A stretch of 32,000 nucleotides of DNA, taken from the NCBI GenBank assembly GCA_965215005.1, contig CBDCCZ010000039.1:12062-44061 (forward strand), given 5' to 3'. The notes beneath the pieces were generated by a model. It saw only the letters and a list, made by a program, of their open reading frames with translations. It was not told the origin of the DNA and made no database searches. Of this stretch, positions 16,837-26,055 are shown piece after piece. The position numbers were made by a program, and so were the translations under genes. Within the stretch, counting starts at the first letter, position 1. Each line of letters starts with the position of its first letter. The stretch comes from Kofleriaceae bacterium. GTDB taxonomy: Bacteria > Myxococcota_A > Polyangia > Haliangiales > Haliangiaceae.

Positions 16837-19065
16837 GTGAGCTACGGTCTCAAATTCGCTTTCATTTTCTCCTTCGTCACCGCCTGCAACTCGCCCAGCT
16901 CGAGCCCGCAGGCGCCGGCACAACGCGCTAGCGCCCAAGATCCCGTCACCGCCGCCCCCACGCTCCCCGAGGTGGCGGCAGATTCGCGCGAGGCGCTGCT
17001 CGCCAAGGGCGTTGCTCACATGCTCGAGAACGAGCATCTCCGCCACAAAAGAATCGATGACGAGGTCTCGCGCGAGGCCTTCAGCGAATACTTGAAGATG
17101 CTCGACCCCGGCAAGATGTTCTTGCTGAAAGATGACGTGGCGAGCCTTCGCGCCTACGAGACGCAAATGGACGATCAGGTGCGTGCCGCCAACTTAACGC
17201 TGGCTCGCGCGGGCACTGCCATGGTGCGCAAGCGGCAACAGGCCATCGCCGCGCGGATCGCTAGCCTCCTTCAGACCCCCTTCGACTTCACCGTAGCCGA
17301 GGAGATGGAGACCGATCCCGACAAGCTCGATTGGTCGCCGAGCGAGAACGACTTGCTCGAGCGTTGGCGAAAAATCCTCAAGCTTCAGGTTCTCGAGCGC
17401 ATCACCACCATGGAAGAAATGGCCAAGGCGGTCGACAAAGCCAAGAAAGACTCACCTGAGGCCAAAAAGGCACTTGCTGCTTTGAAGGACGTGCCCGCGA
17501 CGTTCGAGGGTAAAGAGAAGAAGGCGCGCGAGGAGTTGGCGGAGAGCTTCGCGGCGCGGTTCATCCGTCTCGAGGCAACCGAGCCGCTCGAGCCGGCGGA
17601 GATGTTTCTCAATGCGCTGGCCACCGTGTATGACCCGCACACGGTCTATCTCGCTCCAGCCGACAAAGAGAACTTCGACATCCAGATGACCGGCTCGCTC
17701 GAAGGCATCGGCGCGCTGCTGGGCGAGAAGGATCACTATATTTCGGTCACGGAGCTGGTGCCCGGTGGTGCGAGCTGGCGCCAAGGAGACCTCGAGGCCG
17801 GCGACATCATCCTGGCGGTGGCGCAAGCCGGCAAGGAGCCCGTCGAGGTCATCGACATGCGCATCGACAAAGTCGTGCAGATGATTCGAGGGCCCAAGGG
17901 TTCGCTGGTGACGCTAACGGTGAAGAAGCCCGATGGCCGCATCGTGGTGGTGCCCATCACCCGCGATGTGGTCGAGATCGAAGCCGCGTATGCCCGCGGC
18001 GCGGTTCTCGATCTCGGTCCCAAGCACCCCGCGATGGGCTACATCTATTTGCCGAGCTTCTATGGCAACACGCGACATGACGGCAGCGGCACCGATCGCA
18101 GTGCTACGCAAGACGTCAAGAAGCTGCTCGGCGAGCTCAGCAAGCGCAACGTCAACGGCGTGGTGCTCGATCTGCGCGGCAACGGCGGCGGCCTTCTCGA
18201 GCACGCTCGCGACATCGCCGGCTTGTTCATAAAGCAGGGCCCCATCGTGCAAACTCGCTACTCCACCGGTGAAGCGCAGGTGCTCGAAGACGACGATCCG
18301 AGCATTGCTTTCGGTGGCGAGGTGGTGGTGCTCGTCGACCGCTTCAGCGCGTCGGCCTCCGAGATCGTCGCCGCAGCGCTACAAGACTACCGCCGCGCGG
18401 TAATCGTAGGAACGGCGCCAACCCACGGCAAAGGCACCGTGCAGGTGCTGCTCGACCTCGACAAGCTACGACCGGGGCTGAGCAAACCGCTTGGAGTGCT
18501 CAAGCTAACGGTGCAGCAATTCTTCCGCGTCGATGGCGACTCGACGCAATGGCGGGGCGTGGTTCCAGACGTGCTCTTGCCCGATCCGGTCGCCCACATC
18601 GAGAGCGGCGAGCGCTACCTCGACCACTCGATTCCATGGAGCGAGGTCGAGGCACTGCCGTATGAGGTATGGCCGAGCAGCCCCTGGGATGTCGATACGC
18701 TGATCGCCCAGAGCATGGTGCGACGCACCAAGCAGCCGTCATTCGCCAAGATCGAAGCCCGCGGTGCGCTGTTCAAGAGCCGGCAAGCCGACACCATGGT
18801 GCCACTGGAGCGAGAGGCGTGGATGGCGCGGCGTAAGCGCGATGAGCAGGCGCTAGAGGCTGTCGATCCGGAGCTCGACAAGAGCAAGGATCGCTTCTCG
18901 GTCAACGTCATCGAGTACGACGGCAGGAAGGCCATCAAAGACAAAGATGGCTCCGATGCCGTTGCCGAGTGGAAGCAGAACCTCGCCCATGACCCATGGG
19001 TGCAAGAAGCGCTGTACGTGTTAGCGGACATGCATAGCGCAGGCGTCAAGACCACCAAGAAATGA
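16837..19065 (+). CDS. prc: Tail-specific (C-terminal processing) protease, peptidase S41 family, with lipoprotein signal
   Basis: ORF track 16837..19065 (GTG start). The signal plus lipobox is FIFSFVTAC. The Prc-type N-terminal helical region is LENEHLRHKRIDDEVSREAFSEYLKMLDPGKMFLLKDDV. The PDZ region is SLEGIGALLGEKDHYISVTELVPGGASWRQGDLEAGDIILAV. The S41 core shows LDLRGNGGGLL, DRFSASASEIVAAAL (Ser) and THGKGTVQ (Lys). Confidence 0.9.
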   Translation: MSYGLKFAFIFSFVTACNSPSSSPQAPAQRASAQDPVTAAPTLPEVAADSREALLAKGVAHMLENEHLRHKRIDDEVSREAFSEYLKMLDPGKMFLLKDDVASLRAYETQMDDQVRAANLTLARAGTAMVRKRQQAIAARIASLLQTPFDFTVAEEMETDPDKLDWSPSENDLLERWRKILKLQVLERITTMEEMAKAVDKAKKDSPEAKKALAALKDVPATFEGKEKKAREELAESFAARFIRLEATEPLEPAEMFLNALATVYDPHTVYLAPADKENFDIQMTGSLEGIGALLGEKDHYISVTELVPGGASWRQGDLEAGDIILAVAQAGKEPVEVIDMRIDKVVQMIRGPKGSLVTLTVKKPDGRIVVVPITRDVVEIEAAYARGAVLDLGPKHPAMGYIYLPSFYGNTRHDGSGTDRSATQDVKKLLGELSKRNVNGVVLDLRGNGGGLLEHARDIAGLFIKQGPIVQTRYSTGEAQVLEDDDPSIAFGGEVVVLVDRFSASASEIVAAALQDYRRAVIVGTAPTHGKGTVQVLLDLDKLRPGLSKPLGVLKLTVQQFFRVDGDSTQWRGVVPDVLLPDPVAHIESGERYLDHSIPWSEVEALPYEVWPSSPWDVDTLIAQSMVRRTKQPSFAKIEARGALFKSRQADTMVPLEREAWMARRKRDEQALEAVDPELDKSKDRFSVNVIEYDGRKAIKDKDGSDAVAEWKQNLAHDPWVQEALYVLADMHSAGVKTTKK

Positions 19066-19084
19066 GCTCGTTGCGGCACCTGCT

Positions 19085-19120
19085 GGGGCGCTATGGGCCA
19101 TTGCTCATCGGCAGCGCCCC
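19085..19120 (+). terminator. Candidate stem-loop after prc (8-bp perfect GC-rich stem GGGGCGCT/AGCGCCCC, 20-nt loop, no U tract)
   Basis: Read directly from the sequence; it starts 20 nt after the prc stop. The large loop and missing U tract make this weak. Confidence 0.3.
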
Positions 19121-19183
19121 GCCGTGCGGCTCACTGTGCTCATCCAGCCGGTAGCGGCTCTCGATCGGCTATAACCCCGCCCC

Positions 19184-20500
19184 GTGTCCCAATCTCAGGA
19201 CCCAGAGCGCGTCATCGCAGCGGTGGCGACGCGCGGCCTCTGCCTCGAGCTCAACACCACCGACTTGTGCTTCGTGATCGCGCTGTATGCGCGCGCTCGC
19301 GCCGCGCAACTGGCCTCGTTTCACCCGGAGCAGCTCGAGGACGTATTCGCCGAGGTCTGTACCCTCACCTCCGACTCGACCCAGCTACGCAAGCGCGCCA
19401 CCCATGCGATCGGCCGCCTGCGCGATCAACGGGTGCTGGCCCGAATCGACGGACTGGGGGTCGTGCGGGCGCCCGAATATGCGCTCACGCGCTTGGGCTC
19501 GAGCATCGCCGAGACGCTACTCGAAGAAGACGTGCTCACGCGAGCGAGCCTGGATGTGTTGACCCGCACGCTGCGCGACGCCCTCGAGCGCATTGCCGAC
19601 GCAGCGCGACGCGCCAGTGAGCCGACCGCGTGGCGCGACGGCGTTGTAGACCCACTCGCGGTCGCCGTCGCGGATTTAATTGCCGGCATCGAGCGGCGTC
19701 AACGCGGACTCGATCAACAACAAGAACAACTGCAAGAGCAGATTCGCGAGCTCCTCGAGGCCGATTGGTTTGGCGCCGTCGAACGCTGCCAAACCATCCT
19801 GGCGACCACCAGCGCCACGCTGCGCAAGCTGGCCGAGCTGCTGCTGCGCGATACCCACGAGCTCGGAGCGGTGCTGCATGACATCTACGAGCTCGCGACC
19901 ACGTCCGGCTCCGAGGAGGCCGAGCACGCAACGGTCCGCGTCATCGAACAGCTCGACCGCATTGCTGCTTGGGGCAGCGCGCGGCAAGCGGCGTGGTCGG
20001 ATTACTTCGAATACGTGCATCGGTTCCTGCGCGATGTGGTGCGTCTGGACCCGGCGCGAGCGCTCAGCCAGCGGTTGCGCGAGCAGCTCGCCGGCAGCAC
20101 CGCGCGACCGTTCGCCCTCGCGATCGCCGCTGCCCCGCGCCTGCGACTACTCCGCGACGTCGAGCTGCCGAGCGATGAGCGAGCGCCGGTGTCGCGACCG
20201 CGGTCCAAACGCGAGCGCGAGCCAGCGGCGGTGGCAACCGAGGATGCACGTGCGCAGCTCGCCAGTCGCGTGCGCGCATCTCTGGCCGAGGGAGCGCGCT
20301 CTCTGTCGGCGGTGACCGCGGACGTCACCGCCGACTTGCCGACCGAGGCGCATTACGGCGCTGCGGGTCGAGTCGCCGAAGCAGTGGCTGAGCTGCGACG
20401 GCCAAGCCCCGGGCGCGAGCGCGAGTGGACCGCGGCCACGGAGGAGTTGCTAATCGAAGAGTGGCCGCTGCCCGGCGGCGAAGCGGGAGACCCACAATGA
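19184..20500 (+). CDS. mukF: MukF-like kleisin subunit of a MukBEF/MksBEF-type condensin
   Basis: ORF track 19184..20500 (GTG start), 438 aa; E. coli MukF is of similar size as I recall. The central segment DPLAVAVADLIAGIERRQRGLDQQQEQLQEQIRELLEADWFGAVERCQTILATTSATLRKLAELL parallels the MukF segment ...[40 protein letters not shown] (recalled). The stop overlaps the next start (ATGA at 20497-20500). Confidence 0.85.
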   Translation: MSQSQDPERVIAAVATRGLCLELNTTDLCFVIALYARARAAQLASFHPEQLEDVFAEVCTLTSDSTQLRKRATHAIGRLRDQRVLARIDGLGVVRAPEYALTRLGSSIAETLLEEDVLTRASLDVLTRTLRDALERIADAARRASEPTAWRDGVVDPLAVAVADLIAGIERRQRGLDQQQEQLQEQIRELLEADWFGAVERCQTILATTSATLRKLAELLLRDTHELGAVLHDIYELATTSGSEEAEHATVRVIEQLDRIAAWGSARQAAWSDYFEYVHRFLRDVVRLDPARALSQRLREQLAGSTARPFALAIAAAPRLRLLRDVELPSDERAPVSRPRSKREREPAAVATEDARAQLASRVRASLAEGARSLSAVTADVTADLPTEAHYGAAGRVAEAVAELRRPSPGREREWTAATEELLIEEWPLPGGEAGDPQ

Positions 20501-21219
20501 GCAGTCACGCCGAGTTTGCCGAGCTCGCGGAGGTGCTCGCCACCGAGGTCTTTCCCGACGTCGATCTCGCGCTGCGAGCTGGCCGTCACATCGATCGCGA
20601 CGACGAGCAGTGGTACGAGTTTCTGTGCGCGGGACAAGAGCACCTCGAGACGTTCTATCGCCGCTATGGCTGCGAGCTCATCCATCCGCCCGATGGCTAC
20701 TTTTACCTCTTGCCGAGCGGCGATAAGTTGCCGCGACGCCACCTCAGCAGCGGCGATATGCTGGTCGGCCAAGCGCTGGCGCTGCTATATCTCGATCCCG
20801 CCACTGTCGAGCACGGCGGCAGCGTCCATCGCGATCAGGTGCTCGCGCAGCTCGACGGGGTGGTCGGCACCGACGCCCTAATCCGAGCGTTTCACCCGCA
20901 GCGCCGCCGCTACGACGAGCGCGTGGCGCAACAGGCGGTGCGCAAGAAAGTCGGCGAGTCGATTCGACGGCTGGCGGCGCTCGGGTTCCTTCGCCTCGCT
21001 GGCGAAGAGCATCTGCAACTCGGCACCGCGCTGCTCCGCTTCGCCGAGCCAGCACGCGCCAGTAGCGAGCCGGCAGCGGCTCTGCAGCGACTCATCGCTC
21101 GCGGTGAGGTGGCGCTCATCGAGGACCGCGCCAGCGAAGGCAGCGGCGGGGCATCCGGTGAGGTGGACGCGGGCTCCGGTGAGGTGGACGCGGGCTCCGG
21201 TGAGGTGGACGCGGAATGA
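20497..21219 (+). CDS. mukE: MukE-like condensin subunit with an acidic repeat tail
   Basis: In-frame ATG at 20497 within track ORF 20425..21219. The sequence VFPDVDLALRAGRHIDRDDEQWYEFLCAGQEHLETFYRRYGCELIHPPDGYFYLLP...MLVGQALALLYLDP...RLIARGEVALIE closely parallels E. coli MukE as I recall it ([21 protein letters not shown]...). The C-terminal tail is SGEVDAG x3. Confidence 0.9.
   Translation: MSSHAEFAELAEVLATEVFPDVDLALRAGRHIDRDDEQWYEFLCAGQEHLETFYRRYGCELIHPPDGYFYLLPSGDKLPRRHLSSGDMLVGQALALLYLDPATVEHGGSVHRDQVLAQLDGVVGTDALIRAFHPQRRRYDERVAQQAVRKKVGESIRRLAALGFLRLAGEEHLQLGTALLRFAEPARASSEPAAALQRLIARGEVALIEDRASEGSGGASGEVDAGSGEVDAGSGEVDAE
21154..21216. repeat. 21-bp tandem repeat x3 (TCCGGTGAGGTGGACGCGGGC) encoding the SGEVDAG tail of MukE and ending at the mukB start codon
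   Basis: Counted directly: units start at 21154, 21175 and 21196, and the last unit ends in GAA. Confidence 0.95.
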
Positions 21220-24200
21220 GGACGCGCGCCACGGCGCTGGCGCTGGTGAACTGGCGTGGCGTCTTTTATGAGCGCTACCTGTTAGATCCACACGTCACTG
21301 CGCTCGAGGGCGCCAATGGCGCCGGCAAAACCACCGTGATGATCGCCGCGTACGTGGTGCTGCTGCCCGATCTATCGCGGCTGCGCTTCACCAACCTCGG
21401 CGAGAGCGGCGCCAGCGGCGGCGACCGCGGAATCTGGGGGCGGCTCGGCGAAACCGGTCGCCCGTCCTACGCGGCCTTCGATCTCACGCTTGGCGATGGG
21501 TCGCGAATGGTCGTCGGAGTGCGGCTACGACGCAAAGCCGAACCAACCGTCGAGGCCACTCCGTTCATCGTCACCGGTCTGGGAGAGGCTGCGCTGCAAG
21601 ATTTGCTGCTCGTCCGCCAGCTCGACGAGGACCACGTGCCGGAGCTCGACGAGGTGCGCGGCAACTGCCGGCGCCTGGGCGCCACGTTAGAGGTATTTCG
21701 CAGCAGCAAAGACTATTTCGCGGCGCTGTTCGAGCGCGGCGTGTCGCCCCTGCGGCTCGCCAGCGACGAAGACAAAAACAAGCTCAACGAGATGCTGCGC
21801 ACGAGCATGACCGGCGGCATCTCCCGCGCGCTCACCAGCGAGCTGCGCTCGTTCTTGCTCAAAGAAGAAACCGGCCTTTCCGACACCCTCAGCCGCATGC
21901 GCTCTAACCTCGAGACCGCTCGCCGCAGCCGCTCCGAGGTCGCTGAGGCGCGCGTGCTCGAGCGCGAAATCACCGGTGTCTACGAGGCCGGCGCGGCCAT
22001 GTTCGCCGCGAGCTGGCGCCTGCTTCGCAGCCAAGCCGAAGCGGCACGTGCCGCAAGCCTGGCCGCCGAGCAGGCGCTCCGCGCTGGCGAAGACGCGCGG
22101 GTGGCGCTCGCGACCACCGTTGCCGGGCATGCGGGAACCGTGGCCGAGACCCAGCGCCGCCTCGATGCCGCGCGCAAGGCAGTGCAAACCGCGGTTGCCG
22201 CGCGCCAACGACAGCAGCGCGCTGCGGCGCTCGCCGCAGCGCTAGCTAGTATCGATGCGGAGCTGGGCGAGCGGCATCGAGCAGCCATTGCCGCGCAAGC
22301 TGGGCTCGCGGCGATCGACTCCGAACGCGCCGAGCAGCGCGTGGCTCACGAAGCCGCGCGCGATGCCTACGACCGCGCCGCCCGCGGGCTTGCGCACCTG
22401 CAAGAGGGCCTGGACGAGCTGCATCGGCGCGCCAACACCTACCGCCGTGCCCAGCAGCGACTCGAAGCGGCGCGTAACCTGCTAGAGCAGCCGAGCTTGA
22501 CCGCGGACGACGCCGTCGCCACTCTCGCCCGCCTCACCGAGCGCTGCGCCCGCATCGACCAGCAGCGCGCCCGCATCGACAGTGAGCTTGCGACCGCCAG
22601 CGCCCGCCACAGCGACTACGACGCCGCTAGCGCCGCCTTCGCCCGCATCGAGACGCGTCTGCGCGCGGTTCCTCTCGGAGACTCTGCACAAATTAGCGCT
22701 CATTCGAACGAGCAGCTCGCTGCGACGTCACAAGGGTCACCCGCTCCGACGCCGCAACCATCCGAGCATGGCGAGAGCGCGCTGCACACGCGGGCTCGCG
22801 GCCAGCTCGCAACGCTCGCAGCTCATGAAGCCGCAGTCGCTCGCAGTAAACCGCTCGAAGCCGAGCTGCGCGAGGCAAGGGCTCTGTTCGATCGGCAGCG
22901 GCACGTGCGACAACACGCTGCGACGCTCGGGCTCGCGGTCGGTCGAGCCGGAAGTGCCGAGGCGCTCACGCAGCGCCTGAGCGAGCTGGAAGCTGCGTGG
23001 ATTGCCGCGACCGAAGAGGCTCACGCGCATGCGCGACGCGCCGATGATCATGAACGCGCGGCCGTCGCGGCCGACATCGAGCGCCGCACGTTGGAAGACC
23101 GCAGTGCCCGCTGGAAAAGCGCCGTCCAGGCCACCGAGCGGCTCGCCGAGGCGCTCGGGACGGCCATCGCCGAGCTCGAGCATGGCGAGATCACAAAACG
23201 GCTCGCGCGCGAGCACGCCGCGGCGGTCGCGCGGCATGCAGCGCTCATTGACGAGCGAGAGGATGCGCTGCGCCGCGCCGCCGCCCTCGATGGCAGCGGC
23301 GGCGACCTCCCAAGTGAGCTCCTGCGGCTCCGCGATGAGCTCGGCGGCGAGCTCTTAGCAGCGCGATTCGAAGAGCTCGATCTCGCGACTGCAGCGCAGC
23401 TCGAGGCACGTCTTGGGCCATTGGCGGCAGCGATTGTCGTCGAGGACCCCGAGGCCGCCGCCCGCGAGCTCGCACTCCGCGGAATCGAGCCGACAAGTGT
23501 GTGGCTCATCGCTGCGGGCGCCAGCGTCACGGCGCTCGACGAGCATAGCGAGCCAACCAGCGGCACCGTCATCGTGCGCGAGAGCGAGAGCTTGCGCGTC
23601 ACCACCGTGCCGAGCACGCCGACTCTTGGGCGCCGCGCGCGGCAAGAGCGAGCCGCCGCGCTGCGCGCCCACGCCAAAGCGCTCGCGACCGAGCTCGATG
23701 AAGCGCTTGGCCAGATGCACGAGCTCGCCAGCTTGCGTCGCGACCTCGCCGACATCGGCGACGACGCATTGCTCGGCAGTGAAGATCCCAACGTCGCGCT
23801 CGCCACCTGCCTCCAGCTTCTTGACGAGGCGCGGCAGTCGGCGGGCGGTTGCCGCCGCGACGCCGAGCTGCAGCGCGCACGCAGCGCCACGCTGCGCGGC
23901 GAGCTCGATGCGCTGCGCCAGCTGCACGCCGACGCGCTGCTGCTCGATCCTCCCGACTATTCCGAGCGCGCCGAAAGGCTGGCAGCCGAGCTCCTTGTGG
24001 CGCGCCAGAGCCGCGCGCTCCTGGCCGACGTCGCGACCGACCGCCAGCTCCTCTCCGAGCGCATCGACGCGCTGCGGGCCCCACCGCCGAGCACCACCAC
24101 CCTGGCGGCCGAGCGCGCGTCGCTGGCCGCCGAGCGCGATCGCGTGTTTGCTGCCCGCGAAGCGCTCGAGGAGCTGCTCGCGCACCGTCACGCGCTGACC

Positions 24201-25916
24201 TGGAGCGATGCGCAGCGGGCGGTCGATGAGCGCGCCAACGTGGTTCCTGCGCTCGAAGAGCAGCACGCCGCGGCGCGCAGCGCTGTCGACTTGGCGGTTC
24301 AAGCACTCGCCGTGAGCGATCAAACGTGGCAGGCCGCGGCGCTCGCGCTGCAAAGCTGCGAGGCCGAGCGAGCTAGTGCGGTTGCCGCGCGCGAGCGTCT
24401 CGCCGCCGAGCTCGCCGCGCTCGGCGAGATGCACTCTGACGCCGCCGACGTCGAGGCTGCCGAGGCCAAGGCTCGTCAGCTCGAGGCTGAAATTCTGGCC
24501 GTGGCTGAAGCCGGCGCACGCGACCGCCAGCGACTCGAGCACGCAGAAGCGCGCGTTCGCGAGCTACACGAGGACGCCGCCGCTGCCAACCGAGCCGCCA
24601 CACCGGCGAAATTCGCGTGGAATGCGTTGCGGGATGCGTGCACCGCGCACCAGCTGGTGCCGCCCGCGAGCCAGGATCTCGGGCGACCCGCCGAGCTCGC
24701 GGCGGAGGCCACTACCCAGCGAGAGCTGCTCCTCGAGCGTCTGGCGCGCGCGCGCGGAGGCAGCGAGCTCGCCGCGCAGCTCACGCAACTCGCCGCTGGC
24801 AATCCAAAGGTCGGTGCTCCAGCGCGGACAAGCAGCAGCGACGACTCCACCCTCACGCTCATCGCAACCGCCGATGCGTTGCCAACCGGCGGCGACGCGC
24901 CGCCGAGCGGCAACGATGAAACTCCTCCCAACGCCGTCGACGCGGTCATAGAAGCATGGCTGCTGGTGCGCGATTGGTTGCGACGGCGCGTGCCTGCCGC
25001 CGTCGCCGACACCGGCGATGCGCTGTTGGCGCTCGAGCGGCTGCGCGAGCACTTGGCGGTGCTCGAGTCGCGCCTTGGCCGTCAAGAGGCCGATCTGCGC
25101 GCCGCCGCCACCGATATTACGCGCGGCATCGAAGTCCAGCTGCGCCGCGCTAGCTGGCAAGTGCGCCGACTGAGCGAGCACCTCGAAGGAATCTCGTTCG
25201 GCAGCATCGGCGCCATCCGGGTGCAAATGCAGCGCGTCGAGCGAATGGATCAAATTCTCGCGGCACTGCGCGAAGGCGATGCCCAGGAGCTTTTGTTCCA
25301 GTCCTCGCTGCCCATCGAAGAAGCCTTGGAAGAGATCTTTCGCCGCTATGGCGGTGGCCGCAGCGGTGGCCAACGGCTCCTCGATTATCGCGAGTATCTG
25401 CACCTCACCGTTGAGATTCGCCGGCGGTCGGCGGAGTCGTGGGAGCCGGCGAACGCGACTCGACTGTCCACCGGCGAAGCCATCGGCGTCGGCGCCGCAT
25501 TGATGATGGTCGTGCTGACCGAATGGGAGCGCGATGCCAATCTACTGCGCGCGCGTCGCACCGGTGGCAGCCTGCGTTTTCTGTTCCTCGACGAAGCCAA
25601 TCGCCTCTCACGCGATAACCTCGCGGTGCTGTTCGAGCTGTGCCGCCATCTCGATTTGCAGCTCCTGATTGCCGCACCCGAAGTTGCGCAGGCCGAAGGC
25701 AACACCACGTATCGACTGGTGCGACGCCTGCGCGACGATGGTGGTGAAGAAGTTTGGGTGACCGGTCGTCGCGCTCGCGATCGAAGGCACTCGGAAGAGG
25801 ATTCACCAGCAGAACCACTCTCGCCTGCAAAATCGGATGAGCCAATCGCGGCATTCGATAGCGAAATCGATCACGCTGCAGAGCGGCAGCTCGACGAGCC
25901 ATCCCAACCGCGGTAG
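21216..25916 (+). CDS. mukB: MukB-like SMC-family ATPase (1566 aa)
   Basis: ORF track 21216..25916. The head is LALVNWRGVFYERYLLDPHVTALEGANGAGKTTVMIAAYVVLLPDLSRLRF (Walker A; MukB-like NW-G-F start). Long Ala/Arg/Glu/Leu coiled-coil arms follow. The C-terminal head is RLSTGEAIGVGAALMMVVLTEWE...SLRFLFLDEANRLSRDNLAVLFELCRHLDLQLLIAAPE (MukB-type signature plus Walker B). The start overlaps the mukE stop (ATGA). Confidence 0.9.
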   Translation: MRTRATALALVNWRGVFYERYLLDPHVTALEGANGAGKTTVMIAAYVVLLPDLSRLRFTNLGESGASGGDRGIWGRLGETGRPSYAAFDLTLGDGSRMVVGVRLRRKAEPTVEATPFIVTGLGEAALQDLLLVRQLDEDHVPELDEVRGNCRRLGATLEVFRSSKDYFAALFERGVSPLRLASDEDKNKLNEMLRTSMTGGISRALTSELRSFLLKEETGLSDTLSRMRSNLETARRSRSEVAEARVLEREITGVYEAGAAMFAASWRLLRSQAEAARAASLAAEQALRAGEDARVALATTVAGHAGTVAETQRRLDAARKAVQTAVAARQRQQRAAALAAALASIDAELGERHRAAIAAQAGLAAIDSERAEQRVAHEAARDAYDRAARGLAHLQEGLDELHRRANTYRRAQQRLEAARNLLEQPSLTADDAVATLARLTERCARIDQQRARIDSELATASARHSDYDAASAAFARIETRLRAVPLGDSAQISAHSNEQLAATSQGSPAPTPQPSEHGESALHTRARGQLATLAAHEAAVARSKPLEAELREARALFDRQRHVRQHAATLGLAVGRAGSAEALTQRLSELEAAWIAATEEAHAHARRADDHERAAVAADIERRTLEDRSARWKSAVQATERLAEALGTAIAELEHGEITKRLAREHAAAVARHAALIDEREDALRRAAALDGSGGDLPSELLRLRDELGGELLAARFEELDLATAAQLEARLGPLAAAIVVEDPEAAARELALRGIEPTSVWLIAAGASVTALDEHSEPTSGTVIVRESESLRVTTVPSTPTLGRRARQERAAALRAHAKALATELDEALGQMHELASLRRDLADIGDDALLGSEDPNVALATCLQLLDEARQSAGGCRRDAELQRARSATLRGELDALRQLHADALLLDPPDYSERAERLAAELLVARQSRALLADVATDRQLLSERIDALRAPPPSTTTLAAERASLAAERDRVFAAREALEELLAHRHALTWSDAQRAVDERANVVPALEEQHAAARSAVDLAVQALAVSDQTWQAAALALQSCEAERASAVAARERLAAELAALGEMHSDAADVEAAEAKARQLEAEILAVAEAGARDRQRLEHAEARVRELHEDAAAANRAATPAKFAWNALRDACTAHQLVPPASQDLGRPAELAAEATTQRELLLERLARARGGSELAAQLTQLAAGNPKVGAPARTSSSDDSTLTLIATADALPTGGDAPPSGNDETPPNAVDAVIEAWLLVRDWLRRRVPAAVADTGDALLALERLREHLAVLESRLGRQEADLRAAATDITRGIEVQLRRASWQVRRLSEHLEGISFGSIGAIRVQMQRVERMDQILAALREGDAQELLFQSSLPIEEALEEIFRRYGGGRSGGQRLLDYREYLHLTVEIRRRSAESWEPANATRLSTGEAIGVGAALMMVVLTEWERDANLLRARRTGGSLRFLFLDEANRLSRDNLAVLFELCRHLDLQLLIAAPEVAQAEGNTTYRLVRRLRDDGGEEVWVTGRRARDRRHSEEDSPAEPLSPAKSDEPIAAFDSEIDHAAERQLDEPSQPR

Positions 25917-26055
25917 CCGGATGCCGCGGTTGCGAACGCGTCGCCTGCGCTCGAATAACTCGCGCAAAGCGAGGCGCCGCGCGAACACTGTATTCGGCAC
26001 AAGCCGTGCTACCGCCGCCTCCGTCCGCCTCATTCACACGGCGGCCCAGGAGGAC

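Noticed and set aside
21687-25708. Many long antisense or off-frame ORFs inside mukB (e.g. 23048..23890, 23355..24542, 24564..25403 minus; 23413..24198 plus)
   Set aside because: They are Arg/Ala/Ser-rich products with no motifs, the usual open shadow frames of GC-rich coiled-coil coding DNA. The + frame 21216..25916 has clear MukB head motifs at both ends.
25917-26055. Looked for a JetD/MksG-type (Toprim) gene or any ORF after mukB, and likewise before mukF
   Set aside because: There are only 139 bp of non-coding DNA before the next RBS. Upstream of mukF lies prc. No candidate fourth subunit exists in the window.
25837-26055. Longer version of the signal-peptide ORF starting at 25837
   Set aside because: It would overlap the 3' end of mukB and encodes Arg-rich junk. 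The strong AGGAGG RBS sits just before GTG 26056.
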